This document shows, in pieces, positions 35,866 through 45,437 of a stretch of 64,000 bases of DNA. Position 1 is the first letter of the stretch; each line of letters starts with the position of its first letter. Origin of the DNA: Bacteroidales bacterium (GTDB lineage Bacteria > Bacteroidota > Bacteroidia > Bacteroidales > VadinHA17). The notes beneath the pieces are model-generated. The model was given only the letters and a program-made list of their open reading frames with translations, made no database searches and had not been told where the DNA came from. The stretch lies in NCBI GenBank assembly GCA_022865305.1, contig JALHSP010000040.1, positions 24,611 through 88,610 of the forward strand, given 5' to 3'. The position numbers and the translations under genes were made by a program.

Positions 35866-37794
35866 TTAATCATAAAATGTCACGGCAATTCCATATCGTA
35901 ACATTCTGATATTCATAGGATATGAAGGTATCATAAAATAGTCATAACCCATGAATCCTGAATTTAAATGATCTAACATTATAAAGATCCTTCCCCTTCG
36001 GAGTTTTAAGTTAAGAAAAACATTCAGAAAGGGATAATTCCCGGCCATCGTCTGATCCTGTCTGTAAAACCTGCCTGTCGCAGGCATATAGGAATAGGGG
36101 TAATAAAGAGTGTGGTAAAGTACTTCAGCACCTATCTGTGTATTCAGCTTACCATTGGTCTGTTTAAACCTGAAAAGATGTTCAAAATAAGCGTTTGAAC
36201 GTACAGCGACAAGGGGTAAATCAAGAACATCCGCATTGCTGCTTTTCTGTACCAGAATATCGCTTGCCAGATGAAATTTCCATGCCCGGAATTCTTTCCT
36301 GATCACAAGAGCTGCAACGGATAATCCTCCCTGATGCTGTGAAGGGACAGCTTCTGTATTAAAATCGGTGTAATTATCTATAATGGCATAGTTAAGTTTT
36401 ATTTCAGCATTGCGGGCCGGATACGAAAATTCAGTTCCAAGATCGATTCTGAACTCCTTTTTTAAATCATTATCCCATTCAAAATGGTTACCAGACCATT
36501 GTTCGTACCAGAAAGATGGCTGTCTGTTTATTATTCCGCCTGTAATAATCCATGATGCTAATCCTTTCTTCCAGCCGAATAATTTTGAAATTTCACCGTT
36601 TAAGCTGAAATCTCCTGCCCTGTAACCGGTTAAAAACAGTTCTCCGTTTGCAGTCCAACTGAATTTCTCTCCTATATCATTAAACAACCTCCCGACGATA
36701 GCATTGTTGCTCCAGTTCGAGGGATTCGTTTTAGGTTTGAGTGGAGCATAAATTTGAATTATCTGGTTAAATCGAAACAGTTCATTCCGCAAACCTGCCC
36801 CACCTCCAAGCCTGAATTTTCTTGTCTCATCAGTTGTAAAATCAAATCTGACAGTGTTTTTAATGCTCAGTGCAAGAAGAGAATCGAAGGTGACATTACC
36901 ATTTACATATATTGTATTATAAAATCCCGAACCAGGATAATTGTCAGAATAGGTTCTCTTGTTGGTTTCCCAGATAAAAATATGCGAAAAGGTACCTTTC
37001 AGACCCAGAAACCCGGTTTTTTTCTTAGCAACAGAATCATTAGAAACAACTTGCTTACCGGTGAGAGTGTATCGCTGTACAAGCAGCAGGTTGTTGTTTT
37101 TCAGAAAGCTGGATGCTGCGTTAAGCGAGCCAAGATTTACCTGCACATCCCGGGTTTCATACTGGCTGAGCTGATCCATATCAGTTACTCCGCCGTTTTC
37201 ATAGGACGTAATTTTATTTATACCCGCAGCAAAGTACAGTTTATATTTCAAACCAGTATATGATGAATGAAATGTAAAAGTTTTATTATCAGCTCTCTGG
37301 TAATTGTATTGACCAAGACTGTAAATTATATCATAGATAAGCCCGAAGTTAAGGAACCGGTTTACATTCTGGGAATGTCTTACCCTGAATGTCTGTTCTG
37401 AGGTCTCTCTTGGGGCTCCAAAGGTCCAGACAGCCTCGGTGAAAGGCCTCTGGGTATTCATAAAAACGGATCTGTCAGGAAGATACATAAAAGGATAATA
37501 GCCTGTATAAAGAAATTTATCCGGATCCGAAATCCGGTCAAAGAAACCTATCTGGTAAAATGGCAGGCCATAGTTGCCCAGGGTTATATTCAATGGTGAA
37601 TACTTGTCAGCAATCCTGTAGCGGTGGAATAAAGAAAAAACAGTATCAATTGGAGTAGTAATCTCTTCAGTAAAATCCGATGAGAGAGTCCATTGCTTTA
37701 ATATTCTCGGTTTTATGGTTTCCTGCTTCTGGGCAGATAATCCAACAGGCACTGAAAGAAGTAGAAGTAATAGTATGGAAATATTCCTTAACAT
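35866..37794 (-). CDS. putative outer-membrane beta-barrel protein (putative porin family)
   Basis: Start set to the ATG at 37794, giving MLRNISILLLLLLSVPVGLSAQ (a classic signal peptide). The remainder is rich in alternating aromatic/polar beta-strand patterns. The 52-codon upstream extension in the track merely translates the GC-rich repeat element. Confidence 0.6.
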   Translation of the reverse strand: MLRNISILLLLLLSVPVGLSAQKQETIKPRILKQWTLSSDFTEEITTPIDTVFSLFHRYRIADKYSPLNITLGNYGLPFYQIGFFDRISDPDKFLYTGYYPFMYLPDRSVFMNTQRPFTEAVWTFGAPRETSEQTFRVRHSQNVNRFLNFGLIYDIIYSLGQYNYQRADNKTFTFHSSYTGLKYKLYFAAGINKITSYENGGVTDMDQLSQYETRDVQVNLGSLNAASSFLKNNNLLLVQRYTLTGKQVVSNDSVAKKKTGFLGLKGTFSHIFIWETNKRTYSDNYPGSGFYNTIYVNGNVTFDSLLALSIKNTVRFDFTTDETRKFRLGGGAGLRNELFRFNQIIQIYAPLKPKTNPSNWSNNAIVGRLFNDIGEKFSWTANGELFLTGYRAGDFSLNGEISKLFGWKKGLASWIITGGIINRQPSFWYEQWSGNHFEWDNDLKKEFRIDLGTEFSYPARNAEIKLNYAIIDNYTDFNTEAVPSQHQGGLSVAALVIRKEFRAWKFHLASDILVQKSSNADVLDLPLVAVRSNAYFEHLFRFKQTNGKLNTQIGAEVLYHTLYYPYSYMPATGRFYRQDQTMAGNYPFLNVFLNLKLRRGRIFIMLDHLNSGFMGYDYFMIPSYPMNIRMLRYGIAVTFYD

Positions 37795-37799
37795 CAGCG

Positions 37800-37807
37800 C
37801 AAATATA
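37800..37807 (-). promoter_or_regulatory. Bacteroidota-type -7 promoter box only 5 nt upstream of the porin-like ATG (possible leaderless transcript)
   Basis: The minus strand reads TATATTTGcgctgATG. Confidence 0.3.
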
Positions 37808-37876
37808 GAAAATATGGACGACACAATTAAAAGCAGGCGCCGATTTGATAAATTGGGAGGTTGTCTTAAAAGGTGT

Positions 37877-38022
37877 ATTAACCACCCGATCCCAACACTT
37901 CGGTTGGGACACCCCTCCTTTGAAAAGGAGGGGAAATAACTGATATACAATTATATAACTTTCTCCTCCTCTTCAGAGGAGGAGTACCCCTGACGTGTAC
38001 AGTCAGGGGGGAGGTGGTGCCC
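37877..38022. repeat. GC-rich element: head motif followed by four consecutive perfect stem-loops, immediately downstream of ftsZ
   Basis: Head motif ATTAACCACCCGATCCC (37877-37893). Stem-loops at 37890-37909 (7 bp), 37912-37933 (CCCCTCCTT/AAGGAGGGG, 9 bp), 37963-37984 (CTCCTCCTC/GAGGAGGAG, 9 bp) and 37987-38009 (CCCCTGAC/GTCAGGGG, 8 bp). An inverted head-like GGGGGGAGGTGGTGCCC lies at 38006-38022. Confidence 0.75.
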
Positions 38023-38040
38023 TTTTGATCCTCCCCACTT

Positions 38041-39525
38041 CTAATCTACATTATCATTCAGGTACGCATTATTCTCTCTCAGGACAGGTTCATCATTCTC
38101 ATCAGAGGTAAGTGTGAACTTTGACAGCTTGCTGTCAGAAGCATTCCCCGGAGACCCGAGCGACCTGTTTCTTCTTATATAGGCAGGGACATCTTCAAAA
38201 GTATCTATATTCTCTTTCATGGTCTTATTTGAAATTCCTCCTTTTTTCAGCAGGTTTTGCATATGTTTCACTTTTCTTAATGTCGCCTCAGATTTCTCCT
38301 GAGCTTCTTCACCATTATCTTTTTTTCTCTTTCCTGTATCATTCAGGTCTTCACTGTTCTCAAAGTTAAAGTCAAATACTCCCTGTGATTCTTCCTCAAA
38401 ATCGCTGATGATAGACCTTTTTCCCTTCTCATGAACAGTAAAAGCCTCTTCATTTTTCTCCGGAATTTTATGCGGTGGAATTACTTCTTCATTTGTTAAT
38501 AATTCAACTTTCTTAGACTTTTTAGTTTTATAAGGCTGAAATATGCTGTTGGCTTCAAATCCTGTAGCTATAACTATCACGCTGATATCCTCTGCCAGAT
38601 TTTCATCCTGTGATAATCCTCTTATTATCAATGCATCCTCTGAAGCAGCATCGTACATAAAGTCTGTTATTTCGCCAAGTTCATCCATTGTAATCTCATG
38701 TTCTCCTGTTCCGGAAGATATATTGATAAGTATGCTTTTTGCACCGGTAATATCATTCGAATTCAGAAGAGGCGAGGCAAGAGCATTTTCGATAGCACGG
38801 ATTGCCCTGTTTTCACCGGACGCTGCACCCATACCCAACAATGCCACACCCGAATTCTTCATAACAGTCTCCACATCGGCAAAATCAACATTAATATAGC
38901 CTGTAACAGTAATTATTTCTGCGATTCCCTTGACAGCAGTTGTAAGAATGTCATCGGCCTTAGCAAAGGCAGTGGAGACTCCCTGATTGCCATAAATCTC
39001 TCTGAGCTTTTCATTGTTTATTACCAGCAAGGAGTCAACATGGTCTTTGAGTTCTGTGATGCCATCAATTGCATACCTGATACGTACCTTCCCTTCTGAC
39101 TTGAATGGAATGGTTACAACTGCAATGGTAAGCAATCCTGCCTCCTTGCAAGCCTTTGCTATGACAGGTATAGCGCCGGTACCTGTACCTCCCCCCATCC
39201 CTGTAGTAATAAATACCATTCTTGTGTTACCGCCAATGGCATTCATCACGTCCTCGAGGTTTTCCTGAGCAGCCTGCCTTCCTTTATCAGGAAGGCTCCC
39301 TGCACCCATCCCTTCAGTGAGTGATTCACCGATCTGAACCTTAATAGGGACAGGACTCTTTGCCAGGGATTGATGATCGGTATTGCAAACAACGAAATTA
39401 ACATCCCTGATACCCTTTTCAAACATATGATTTACGGCATTGGTACCACCTCCCCCTATTCCCAGGACTTTAATAATCGACGATCTTTCAACGGGCAGAT
39501 CAAAGTTCATTATATCGTCTGACAT
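38041..39525 (-). CDS. ftsZ: cell division protein FtsZ
   Basis: 494 aa with the tubulin signature GGGTGTG and NTDHQSL, followed by a long acidic linker and a C-terminal peptide. Confidence 0.97.
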   Translation of the reverse strand: MSDDIMNFDLPVERSSIIKVLGIGGGGTNAVNHMFEKGIRDVNFVVCNTDHQSLAKSPVPIKVQIGESLTEGMGAGSLPDKGRQAAQENLEDVMNAIGGNTRMVFITTGMGGGTGTGAIPVIAKACKEAGLLTIAVVTIPFKSEGKVRIRYAIDGITELKDHVDSLLVINNEKLREIYGNQGVSTAFAKADDILTTAVKGIAEIITVTGYINVDFADVETVMKNSGVALLGMGAASGENRAIRAIENALASPLLNSNDITGAKSILINISSGTGEHEITMDELGEITDFMYDAASEDALIIRGLSQDENLAEDISVIVIATGFEANSIFQPYKTKKSKKVELLTNEEVIPPHKIPEKNEEAFTVHEKGKRSIISDFEEESQGVFDFNFENSEDLNDTGKRKKDNGEEAQEKSEATLRKVKHMQNLLKKGGISNKTMKENIDTFEDVPAYIRRNRSLGSPGNASDSKLSKFTLTSDENDEPVLRENNAYLNDNVD

Positions 39526-39586
39526 AGTTTTATGTTTTAATTATTTATTAACAGCAAAAGCATTAATAGCAACCGAATTCATTTTA

Positions 39587-40936
39587 TCAGCCTATCGACT
39601 GATCTTCAGTTTCAAACATTTTCGACATCATCGTTTTGATCTTTTCGGCCAGGGTCGTTCTGACCTCCTGTGGTTCCCTTCCATCAGGCTCATTTATTTC
39701 TTCTTCTGTCATTGCTGGCTCTGTCCGGCGTCTGACAAATTCATCCTTGGGACCTGCATTGAATGATTTCTTGTAAGTTTCAAGATAATCGAATCCCCGC
39801 ATTATCAAACCCACGCTTGTAGCATACATCGGCTGGTTGATTTCATTTTTCCCGGGTCCTGCGAGGTGCTGATTAGGCAGACCGATCCTGACATCCATAG
39901 CGGTTTTAAATTTCATAAGCTGAGGAAGATGCCTCAGCATTGCACCACCGCCTGTAATAACAACTCCGGCCGCCAGCTTATCTGCGTATCCTGAATTCTG
40001 TATTTCAAAATTGACAAAATCAATGATCTCTTCCATCCTTGATTGAATTATATATGCAAGGCTTTTAAAAGAAATCTCTTTGGGTTCTCTGCCACTAATC
40101 CCAGGTATAGCAACTACTTTATCTTCCGGAGCAATATCTCCCAGCGCTGATCCATATTGCAGCTTAAGCTGTTCCGCATGACGCTGAAGTATTGCACACC
40201 CCTCCTTAATATCCTTTGTCACTACATTTCCTCCCAGCGGTACCACGGCTGTATGACGAATGATGTTATCATAATAAACTGCGACATCAGTAGTCCCTCC
40301 GCCGATATCGACCAGTACAACCCCTGCTTCTTTTTCATCATCGGTAAGAACAGCATCGGAAGAGGCAAGCGGCTCAAGGATCATATCCTTGAGGTTCAGG
40401 CTTGCTTTTCGGATACATCGCTCAATGTTTTTTGCAGCAGCAATCTGTCCGATAACAATATGGAAATTGGCTTCCAGTCTTTTCCCGCATATGCCAATCG
40501 GACTTTTAATCCCTGTTTCATTATCAACAATAAAATTCTGTGGAATAACGTGTATTATCTCCTCTCCTATCTCGATATGTATCTTATGCATATCTTCAAT
40601 AAGCCGGAAAACCTCATCTTTCGTTATTTCATCCTCATAGTTGTCTCGCATAATATACCCTCTGTTCTTCATGCTTTTAATATGCTGACCGGCAATTCCG
40701 ACAAACACTTCTGAGAACAGAATTCCTGACCTTTTTTGTACATCATCCACAGTGGTCTGTATTGCTGATACTGTCTCTTCAATGTTAAATACCACGCCTC
40801 TCTTTACACCTTTGGAAAGAGCTTTGCTGAGTCCGAGAATCTCTATTTTACCATTCTCGTTTTTTGTACCGACAATTGCCACTATTTTTGTGGTCCCGAT
40901 GTCGATCGCTGCTACATATTGTGCTTTTTTGTTCAT
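39587..40936 (-). CDS. ftsA: cell division protein FtsA
   Basis: Actin-like ATPase (AAIDIGTTKIVAIVG, VDIGGGTTDVAVY). Start moved to the ATG at 40936 (MNKKAQYVAAIDIGT), which removes the overlap with ftsQ. Confidence 0.95.
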   Translation of the reverse strand: MNKKAQYVAAIDIGTTKIVAIVGTKNENGKIEILGLSKALSKGVKRGVVFNIEETVSAIQTTVDDVQKRSGILFSEVFVGIAGQHIKSMKNRGYIMRDNYEDEITKDEVFRLIEDMHKIHIEIGEEIIHVIPQNFIVDNETGIKSPIGICGKRLEANFHIVIGQIAAAKNIERCIRKASLNLKDMILEPLASSDAVLTDDEKEAGVVLVDIGGGTTDVAVYYDNIIRHTAVVPLGGNVVTKDIKEGCAILQRHAEQLKLQYGSALGDIAPEDKVVAIPGISGREPKEISFKSLAYIIQSRMEEIIDFVNFEIQNSGYADKLAAGVVITGGGAMLRHLPQLMKFKTAMDVRIGLPNQHLAGPGKNEINQPMYATSVGLIMRGFDYLETYKKSFNAGPKDEFVRRRTEPAMTEEEINEPDGREPQEVRTTLAEKIKTMMSKMFETEDQSIG

Positions 40937-40958
40937 ATAAATAAAATATGGTTTTTTA

Positions 40959-41735
40959 CTATCTTTTCTTACATACAATCTGATCCCTAAATTCAAGATT
41001 TATAAGCGAATACTTATTCCATCCCACTTCAGGTAATACCTTATCATAAAAAGCTCCGAGGTTCCTTAGCTTACCTTCATAGTTTTCAATTGTTCCGAGG
41101 TGAATAAGGTGATTTCCAACCCTGGGCATAAGATCAATCTCATCGTTCCCGTCAATATAGATCTGATCGATCTGCGCAGACCAGAAACTTTTATTATTTA
41201 TGAAATCGACAAGCTGAAAAATATCTTTCAGTATTGAATTTTTAATACTCGTATCAAGAATACTCACGCCGTTTAGCATCGCCTGGCTTATATTGATATT
41301 GCCTCCAATGACCTGTAGCCGTGGTGTGTAAAGGTTTCTTCTCCTCATCACAATGCCCTCTTCATCAATGAAATAATCACCACCCTCATCAGGTATAACT
41401 CTCATAACCGGATTACGCTGGTCAACATATACATGCAATGTCCCATCAATGGACATATAGACCTCTGCGACTTTCAGTTCCCTTAACCCATTTATCCTGT
41501 TTTCAATATCAAAGACTGAAATATTACTGACAGGCTGACCAAGGATTTTCCCGGTATTGCCATATACAAGATTTAATAACTGCCTTTTCGTAACAAAATG
41601 ATAATCCGATGAATCCTTAATACAGATCATTATTCCGCTGCAGGGTTTCGTGCTGGTCGAGCTCGCAAGATATACCGGCATTATAATAAGGTATAACAGA
41701 GGTACAATTAATAATATCTTAGCCAGGCTTTTCAT
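40959..41735 (-). CDS. ftsQ: cell division protein FtsQ (POTRA domain)
   Basis: 258 aa with an N-terminal TM anchor. Identified by its position between murC and ftsA and a POTRA-like region. Confidence 0.8.
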   Translation of the reverse strand: MKSLAKILLIVPLLYLIIMPVYLASSTSTKPCSGIMICIKDSSDYHFVTKRQLLNLVYGNTGKILGQPVSNISVFDIENRINGLRELKVAEVYMSIDGTLHVYVDQRNPVMRVIPDEGGDYFIDEEGIVMRRRNLYTPRLQVIGGNINISQAMLNGVSILDTSIKNSILKDIFQLVDFINNKSFWSAQIDQIYIDGNDEIDLMPRVGNHLIHLGTIENYEGKLRNLGAFYDKVLPEVGWNKYSLINLEFRDQIVCKKR

Positions 41736-41739
41736 TTTT

Positions 41740-43125
41740 TTATCCCCTTTTCAGTTTTTCCTCGATCGGTTCCACAAGCTTGTCTATGTCACCTGCACCG
41801 ATAGTAACGAGGACATCAAGAGCATTAACATCCAGCGCATCTATGATCTCATCCATCCTCAGCAGCTTTTTCTTCTCTTTTTTCATTTTATTAAAGATAA
41901 TTTCCGATGACACACCCGGGATGGGCTTCTCCCTGGCCGGGTATATCGGAAGGAGGATCACTTCATCAAGTTCATCAAGTATCGATGCAAAACCATCAGC
42001 ATGGTCGCGGGTACGTGAAAAAAGATGCGGCTGGAAAATTCCGGTTATCTTTCTTCCTCCGAAATACTCCTTAATATTGGTAATACATGCTTTAATTTCT
42101 TCAGGGTGATGGGCATAGTCATCAATATAAACAAGTCCCGGACGGTTGATTCTGATATCAAATCTTCTCCTGACACCCTGGAAGAGAATAACGGCTTTTC
42201 TTATTTCCTGTTCAGTTACACCACAAATCAGGGCAATCGCAACCGCAGCTGCGAGGTTTTTAATGTTTATGATACCCGGGAATGCAAAACGCAGATCTTT
42301 AATTATTACTCCCGGTGTTTTCAGGTTGAAACAGTAATGATCTTTTTTATGTAAAATATCCGAGACGCTGTAGTCAGCGTCAGCACCCGATCCGTAAGTA
42401 TAACAGGTAACATCTACGGGAACAATGATATCTTTTCTGATTCCCGAATTTACTATAAGAATTCCTCCTGGTCGTATCTTGCTGCAGAATTCATTGTAAG
42501 CTTTAATCATGGTGGCCTGGTCACCATAAATATCAAGATGATCAGCGTCGAGCGAGGTAACGACTGCCATCAATGGCTTAAGCCTGTGGAAGGACCGGTC
42601 AAATTCATCAGCTTCCATAACTGTGAAGCGGCTTTCACCAAGCAACAGGTTTGAATCATAGTTCTTTGAAATCCCGCCCAGGAATGCCGAACAGTCAACA
42701 TGAGACTGTTTTAGCAGATGAGCGATCATTGTCGAAATAGTAGTTTTGCCGTGAGTTCCTGCTACTGCTATTGTATCGGTTTGAGAAGATATTTCACCAA
42801 GCAGTTCTGACCTTTTATACAGAAAATATCCATTATCCCTGAAATATGAAAGAATCCTGTTCTCATGAGGAATTGCAGGTGTATATACAATTATGACCCT
42901 GTCTTTTTTTGAAGTGTTCCTGAAAAGCTCCGGTAAGATTTCAGGTTCATCGTTAAAAGAGATACTGCAACCCGAATCAGAAAGTGAATCAGTGATCCTG
43001 CTTTCTGATCTGTCGTAACCTGCAATAATATATCCGCCTTTTGAAAAATACAGAGCAAGGGCACTCATACCAATGCCCCCTATTCCGATAAAATAAATTC
43101 CTTCTATTTTCTTAAAATCAATCAT
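41740..43125 (-). CDS. murC: UDP-N-acetylmuramate--L-alanine ligase
   Basis: 461 aa Mur ligase (GIGGIGMSALA, AVAGTHGKTT). Its start overlaps the murG stop in an ATGA arrangement. Confidence 0.95.
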   Translation of the reverse strand: MIDFKKIEGIYFIGIGGIGMSALALYFSKGGYIIAGYDRSESRITDSLSDSGCSISFNDEPEILPELFRNTSKKDRVIIVYTPAIPHENRILSYFRDNGYFLYKRSELLGEISSQTDTIAVAGTHGKTTISTMIAHLLKQSHVDCSAFLGGISKNYDSNLLLGESRFTVMEADEFDRSFHRLKPLMAVVTSLDADHLDIYGDQATMIKAYNEFCSKIRPGGILIVNSGIRKDIIVPVDVTCYTYGSGADADYSVSDILHKKDHYCFNLKTPGVIIKDLRFAFPGIINIKNLAAAVAIALICGVTEQEIRKAVILFQGVRRRFDIRINRPGLVYIDDYAHHPEEIKACITNIKEYFGGRKITGIFQPHLFSRTRDHADGFASILDELDEVILLPIYPAREKPIPGVSSEIIFNKMKKEKKKLLRMDEIIDALDVNALDVLVTIGAGDIDKLVEPIEEKLKRG

Positions 43126-44234
43126 CCTCCGGCAAGCTTAAGTATTTCGTTTGCTATTCTGACATCTGCATCCCTGTCGGCCAGCTTTTTAATATTTTCA
43201 GAAAGAAGAGTCCTTTTTGCTTTATCTGAAACCAGCCTGATTGCTTCATCTACCAGTAACTTCACTGCCACCTTATCAGTAATCAGTACAGCAGCATTTT
43301 TTTCAACCAGAGCCAATGCATTTTTTAACTGGTGATTTTCAGCAACATTTAGCGAAGGGACAAGAATAACAGGTTTTCTTACCAGGCACAGTTCGGAAAT
43401 TGTTCCTGCACCAGCCCTGGAAACAATAATATCAGCAGCAGCAAATGCATAGTCCATCCTGTCAATGAATCCCTGTACTGAAATTCTTTCTGAGGAGAAG
43501 TGAGATACCAGGGCATTTATTTTTTCGAAATAGTTCTTTCCAGTCTGCCACAACCACTGGTAATGCGAATCTATCATTTTCTGGATATTTCCAGAAAGGC
43601 TCTTGTTAATAGTCCCTGCACCCAGCGATCCTCCAAGCACAAGAATTACCGGGAAACTCTTTTTAAGCTTAAAGAACGAAAGTGCCTCACTCCTGAGGCT
43701 TCTGATATGGTCATAATTCTGGCGCACAGGATTTCCGGTCTTGATTATCTTTTCTGCCGGAAAGTATTTTTCCATACCATCATAAGCCACGCAAATCACG
43801 GAAGCTTTTTTTGCCAGAAGCTTGTTTGTCACTCCGGCATGACTGTTTTGTTCCTGGATAAGAGTCGGTATTCCTATCTTCCCGGCCTGCCTAAGTACAG
43901 GACCGCTTGCATAACCACCTACACCAACAACTACATCGGGTTTAAAGTCCTTTAATATTTTTTTTGCCCTGAGAAGACTCTTTATAAGATTTGGCAGAAC
44001 AGTGAAGTTTTTCAGAGTCAGACTTCTGTAAATACCTGTTACCGGCAATCCGATAATTTTGTAACCTGCTGCAGGAATTTTTTCCATCTCCATTTTACCT
44101 TCAGCGCCAACAAAAAGGATATCAATCTCGGGATCTATTCTCTTGAGAGCGTTCGCGACTGATATGGCCGGAAAGATATGACCTCCGGTACCGCCTCCGC
44201 TTATGATTATCCTTTTATGCTTTTGCTTGTTCAT
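43122..44234 (-). CDS. murG: undecaprenyldiphospho-muramoylpentapeptide beta-N-acetylglucosaminyltransferase
   Basis: The motif IIISGGGTGGHIFPA lies near the N-terminus. Start moved to the ATG at 44234 (MNKQKHKRIIISGGG), which overlaps the ftsW 3' end by 20 nt. Confidence 0.93.
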   Translation of the reverse strand: MNKQKHKRIIISGGGTGGHIFPAISVANALKRIDPEIDILFVGAEGKMEMEKIPAAGYKIIGLPVTGIYRSLTLKNFTVLPNLIKSLLRAKKILKDFKPDVVVGVGGYASGPVLRQAGKIGIPTLIQEQNSHAGVTNKLLAKKASVICVAYDGMEKYFPAEKIIKTGNPVRQNYDHIRSLRSEALSFFKLKKSFPVILVLGGSLGAGTINKSLSGNIQKMIDSHYQWLWQTGKNYFEKINALVSHFSSERISVQGFIDRMDYAFAAADIIVSRAGAGTISELCLVRKPVILVPSLNVAENHQLKNALALVEKNAAVLITDKVAVKLLVDEAIRLVSDKAKRTLLSENIKKLADRDADVRIANEILKLAGG

Positions 44235-45426
44235 ATATTTTCTCTCCTTCATCAGAAATCTCTTCTTCGGGCAGTTCTTCCTTTTTAATCCTTGCATTTA
44301 CCACCCTGCTTACACTTAAAATAACTCCTATTGAAAAACTCATGATCAGGACTGATGTCCTTCCCCAGCTTACCATTGGAAGAGTCTGGCCGGTAACCGG
44401 CAAAAGTCCGACAGCTACCAGCATATTGAGCATAGCCTGAAATACAATCATGATTATAAGTCCCATGACAAGAAAAGCAGGAAAAGCTGTCTCACATTTT
44501 TTTAAAATTGTTATCCCCCTGAACAGCAATATCATATAAGCAAGTATTAGTGGAATTGCACCCAGAAGCAGTCCATATTCCTCAATAATAATTGCAAAAA
44601 TGAAGTCAGAGTTTGATTGTGGAAGCATATTCCTCTGGGTACTTCTGCCGGGTGCTTTTCCGAAGAGTCCTCCGGTTGAAATAGCAATCTTTGCCTGGTT
44701 CGACTGATAATCACCTGCCTCGTCTGCCTTACCGGAAAAGAATTGCTCTGCCCTGTCGATCCAGACCGGAACCCTGCTGTCATGGAAAACATAGGTGAGC
44801 ACTAATCCAAACAAAACAACTCCTGCGGCTGCCATACCAACATAAGCCAGGAGAAATCTGAAAGGGATCCTTCCGATAAACATTATTATCATGCTTATGC
44901 CAAAAATCAGGAGTGCCGTGGAAAAATTTTCAGGGAAGATCAGTCCGCAGACAACTGCAACCGGAACAAAAAAATATTTTGTAACAAGAATAAAATTATT
45001 AAGCTCATACTGATATTTTGCAAGGGATCTTGCCAGGTAGATTACCAGTGCTACTTTAGCCAGATCCGATGTCTGGATCATGAATCCGGTTCCCGGTATT
45101 TCAAGCCAGCGTGTTGCTTCGTTTATCGTGGAACCAAAAAATAATGTAAGAATCAGCAGGACAACAGCACCTAACAGAATTAATCCTGCCATTGATGAAT
45201 AGATCCTGTAAGGCAGATAATGGACAACAACAATTATTATCAGGCTTATCAAAAGCATAAAAAACTGGCTACGGAGAAAATAGGTTGTATTACCTCCATA
45301 TTTTATAAATGCCACACTTGCTGATGAGCTGTAAACAGCCAGCAGTGAATAGACCATAAAAATAGCTACAAGGCCCCATATAGCCCTGTCTCCCTTGAAT
45401 GTCTTTGTAAGCCAGCCCTGCTGCAT
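44215..45426 (-). CDS. ftsW: FtsW/RodA/SpoVE-family peptidoglycan glycosyltransferase
   Basis: 403 aa polytopic SEDS protein (NQAKIAISTGG..G.G...S.Q...LP...SDFIFA), in the dcw position between murD and murG. Confidence 0.9.
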   Translation of the reverse strand: MQQGWLTKTFKGDRAIWGLVAIFMVYSLLAVYSSSASVAFIKYGGNTTYFLRSQFFMLLISLIIIVVVHYLPYRIYSSMAGLILLGAVVLLILTLFFGSTINEATRWLEIPGTGFMIQTSDLAKVALVIYLARSLAKYQYELNNFILVTKYFFVPVAVVCGLIFPENFSTALLIFGISMIIMFIGRIPFRFLLAYVGMAAAGVVLFGLVLTYVFHDSRVPVWIDRAEQFFSGKADEAGDYQSNQAKIAISTGGLFGKAPGRSTQRNMLPQSNSDFIFAIIIEEYGLLLGAIPLILAYMILLFRGITILKKCETAFPAFLVMGLIIMIVFQAMLNMLVAVGLLPVTGQTLPMVSWGRTSVLIMSFSIGVILSVSRVVNARIKKEELPEEEISDEGEKIYEQAKA

Positions 45427-45437
45427 TTTATTGCCTT

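Noticed and set aside
37795-37950. 52-codon N-terminal extension of the porin-like ORF (MYISYFPSFSKEGCPNRSVGIGW...)
   Set aside because: The extension simply translates the GC-rich hairpin element. A classic signal peptide begins at the internal ATG (37794), and a -7 box lies between the two candidate starts.
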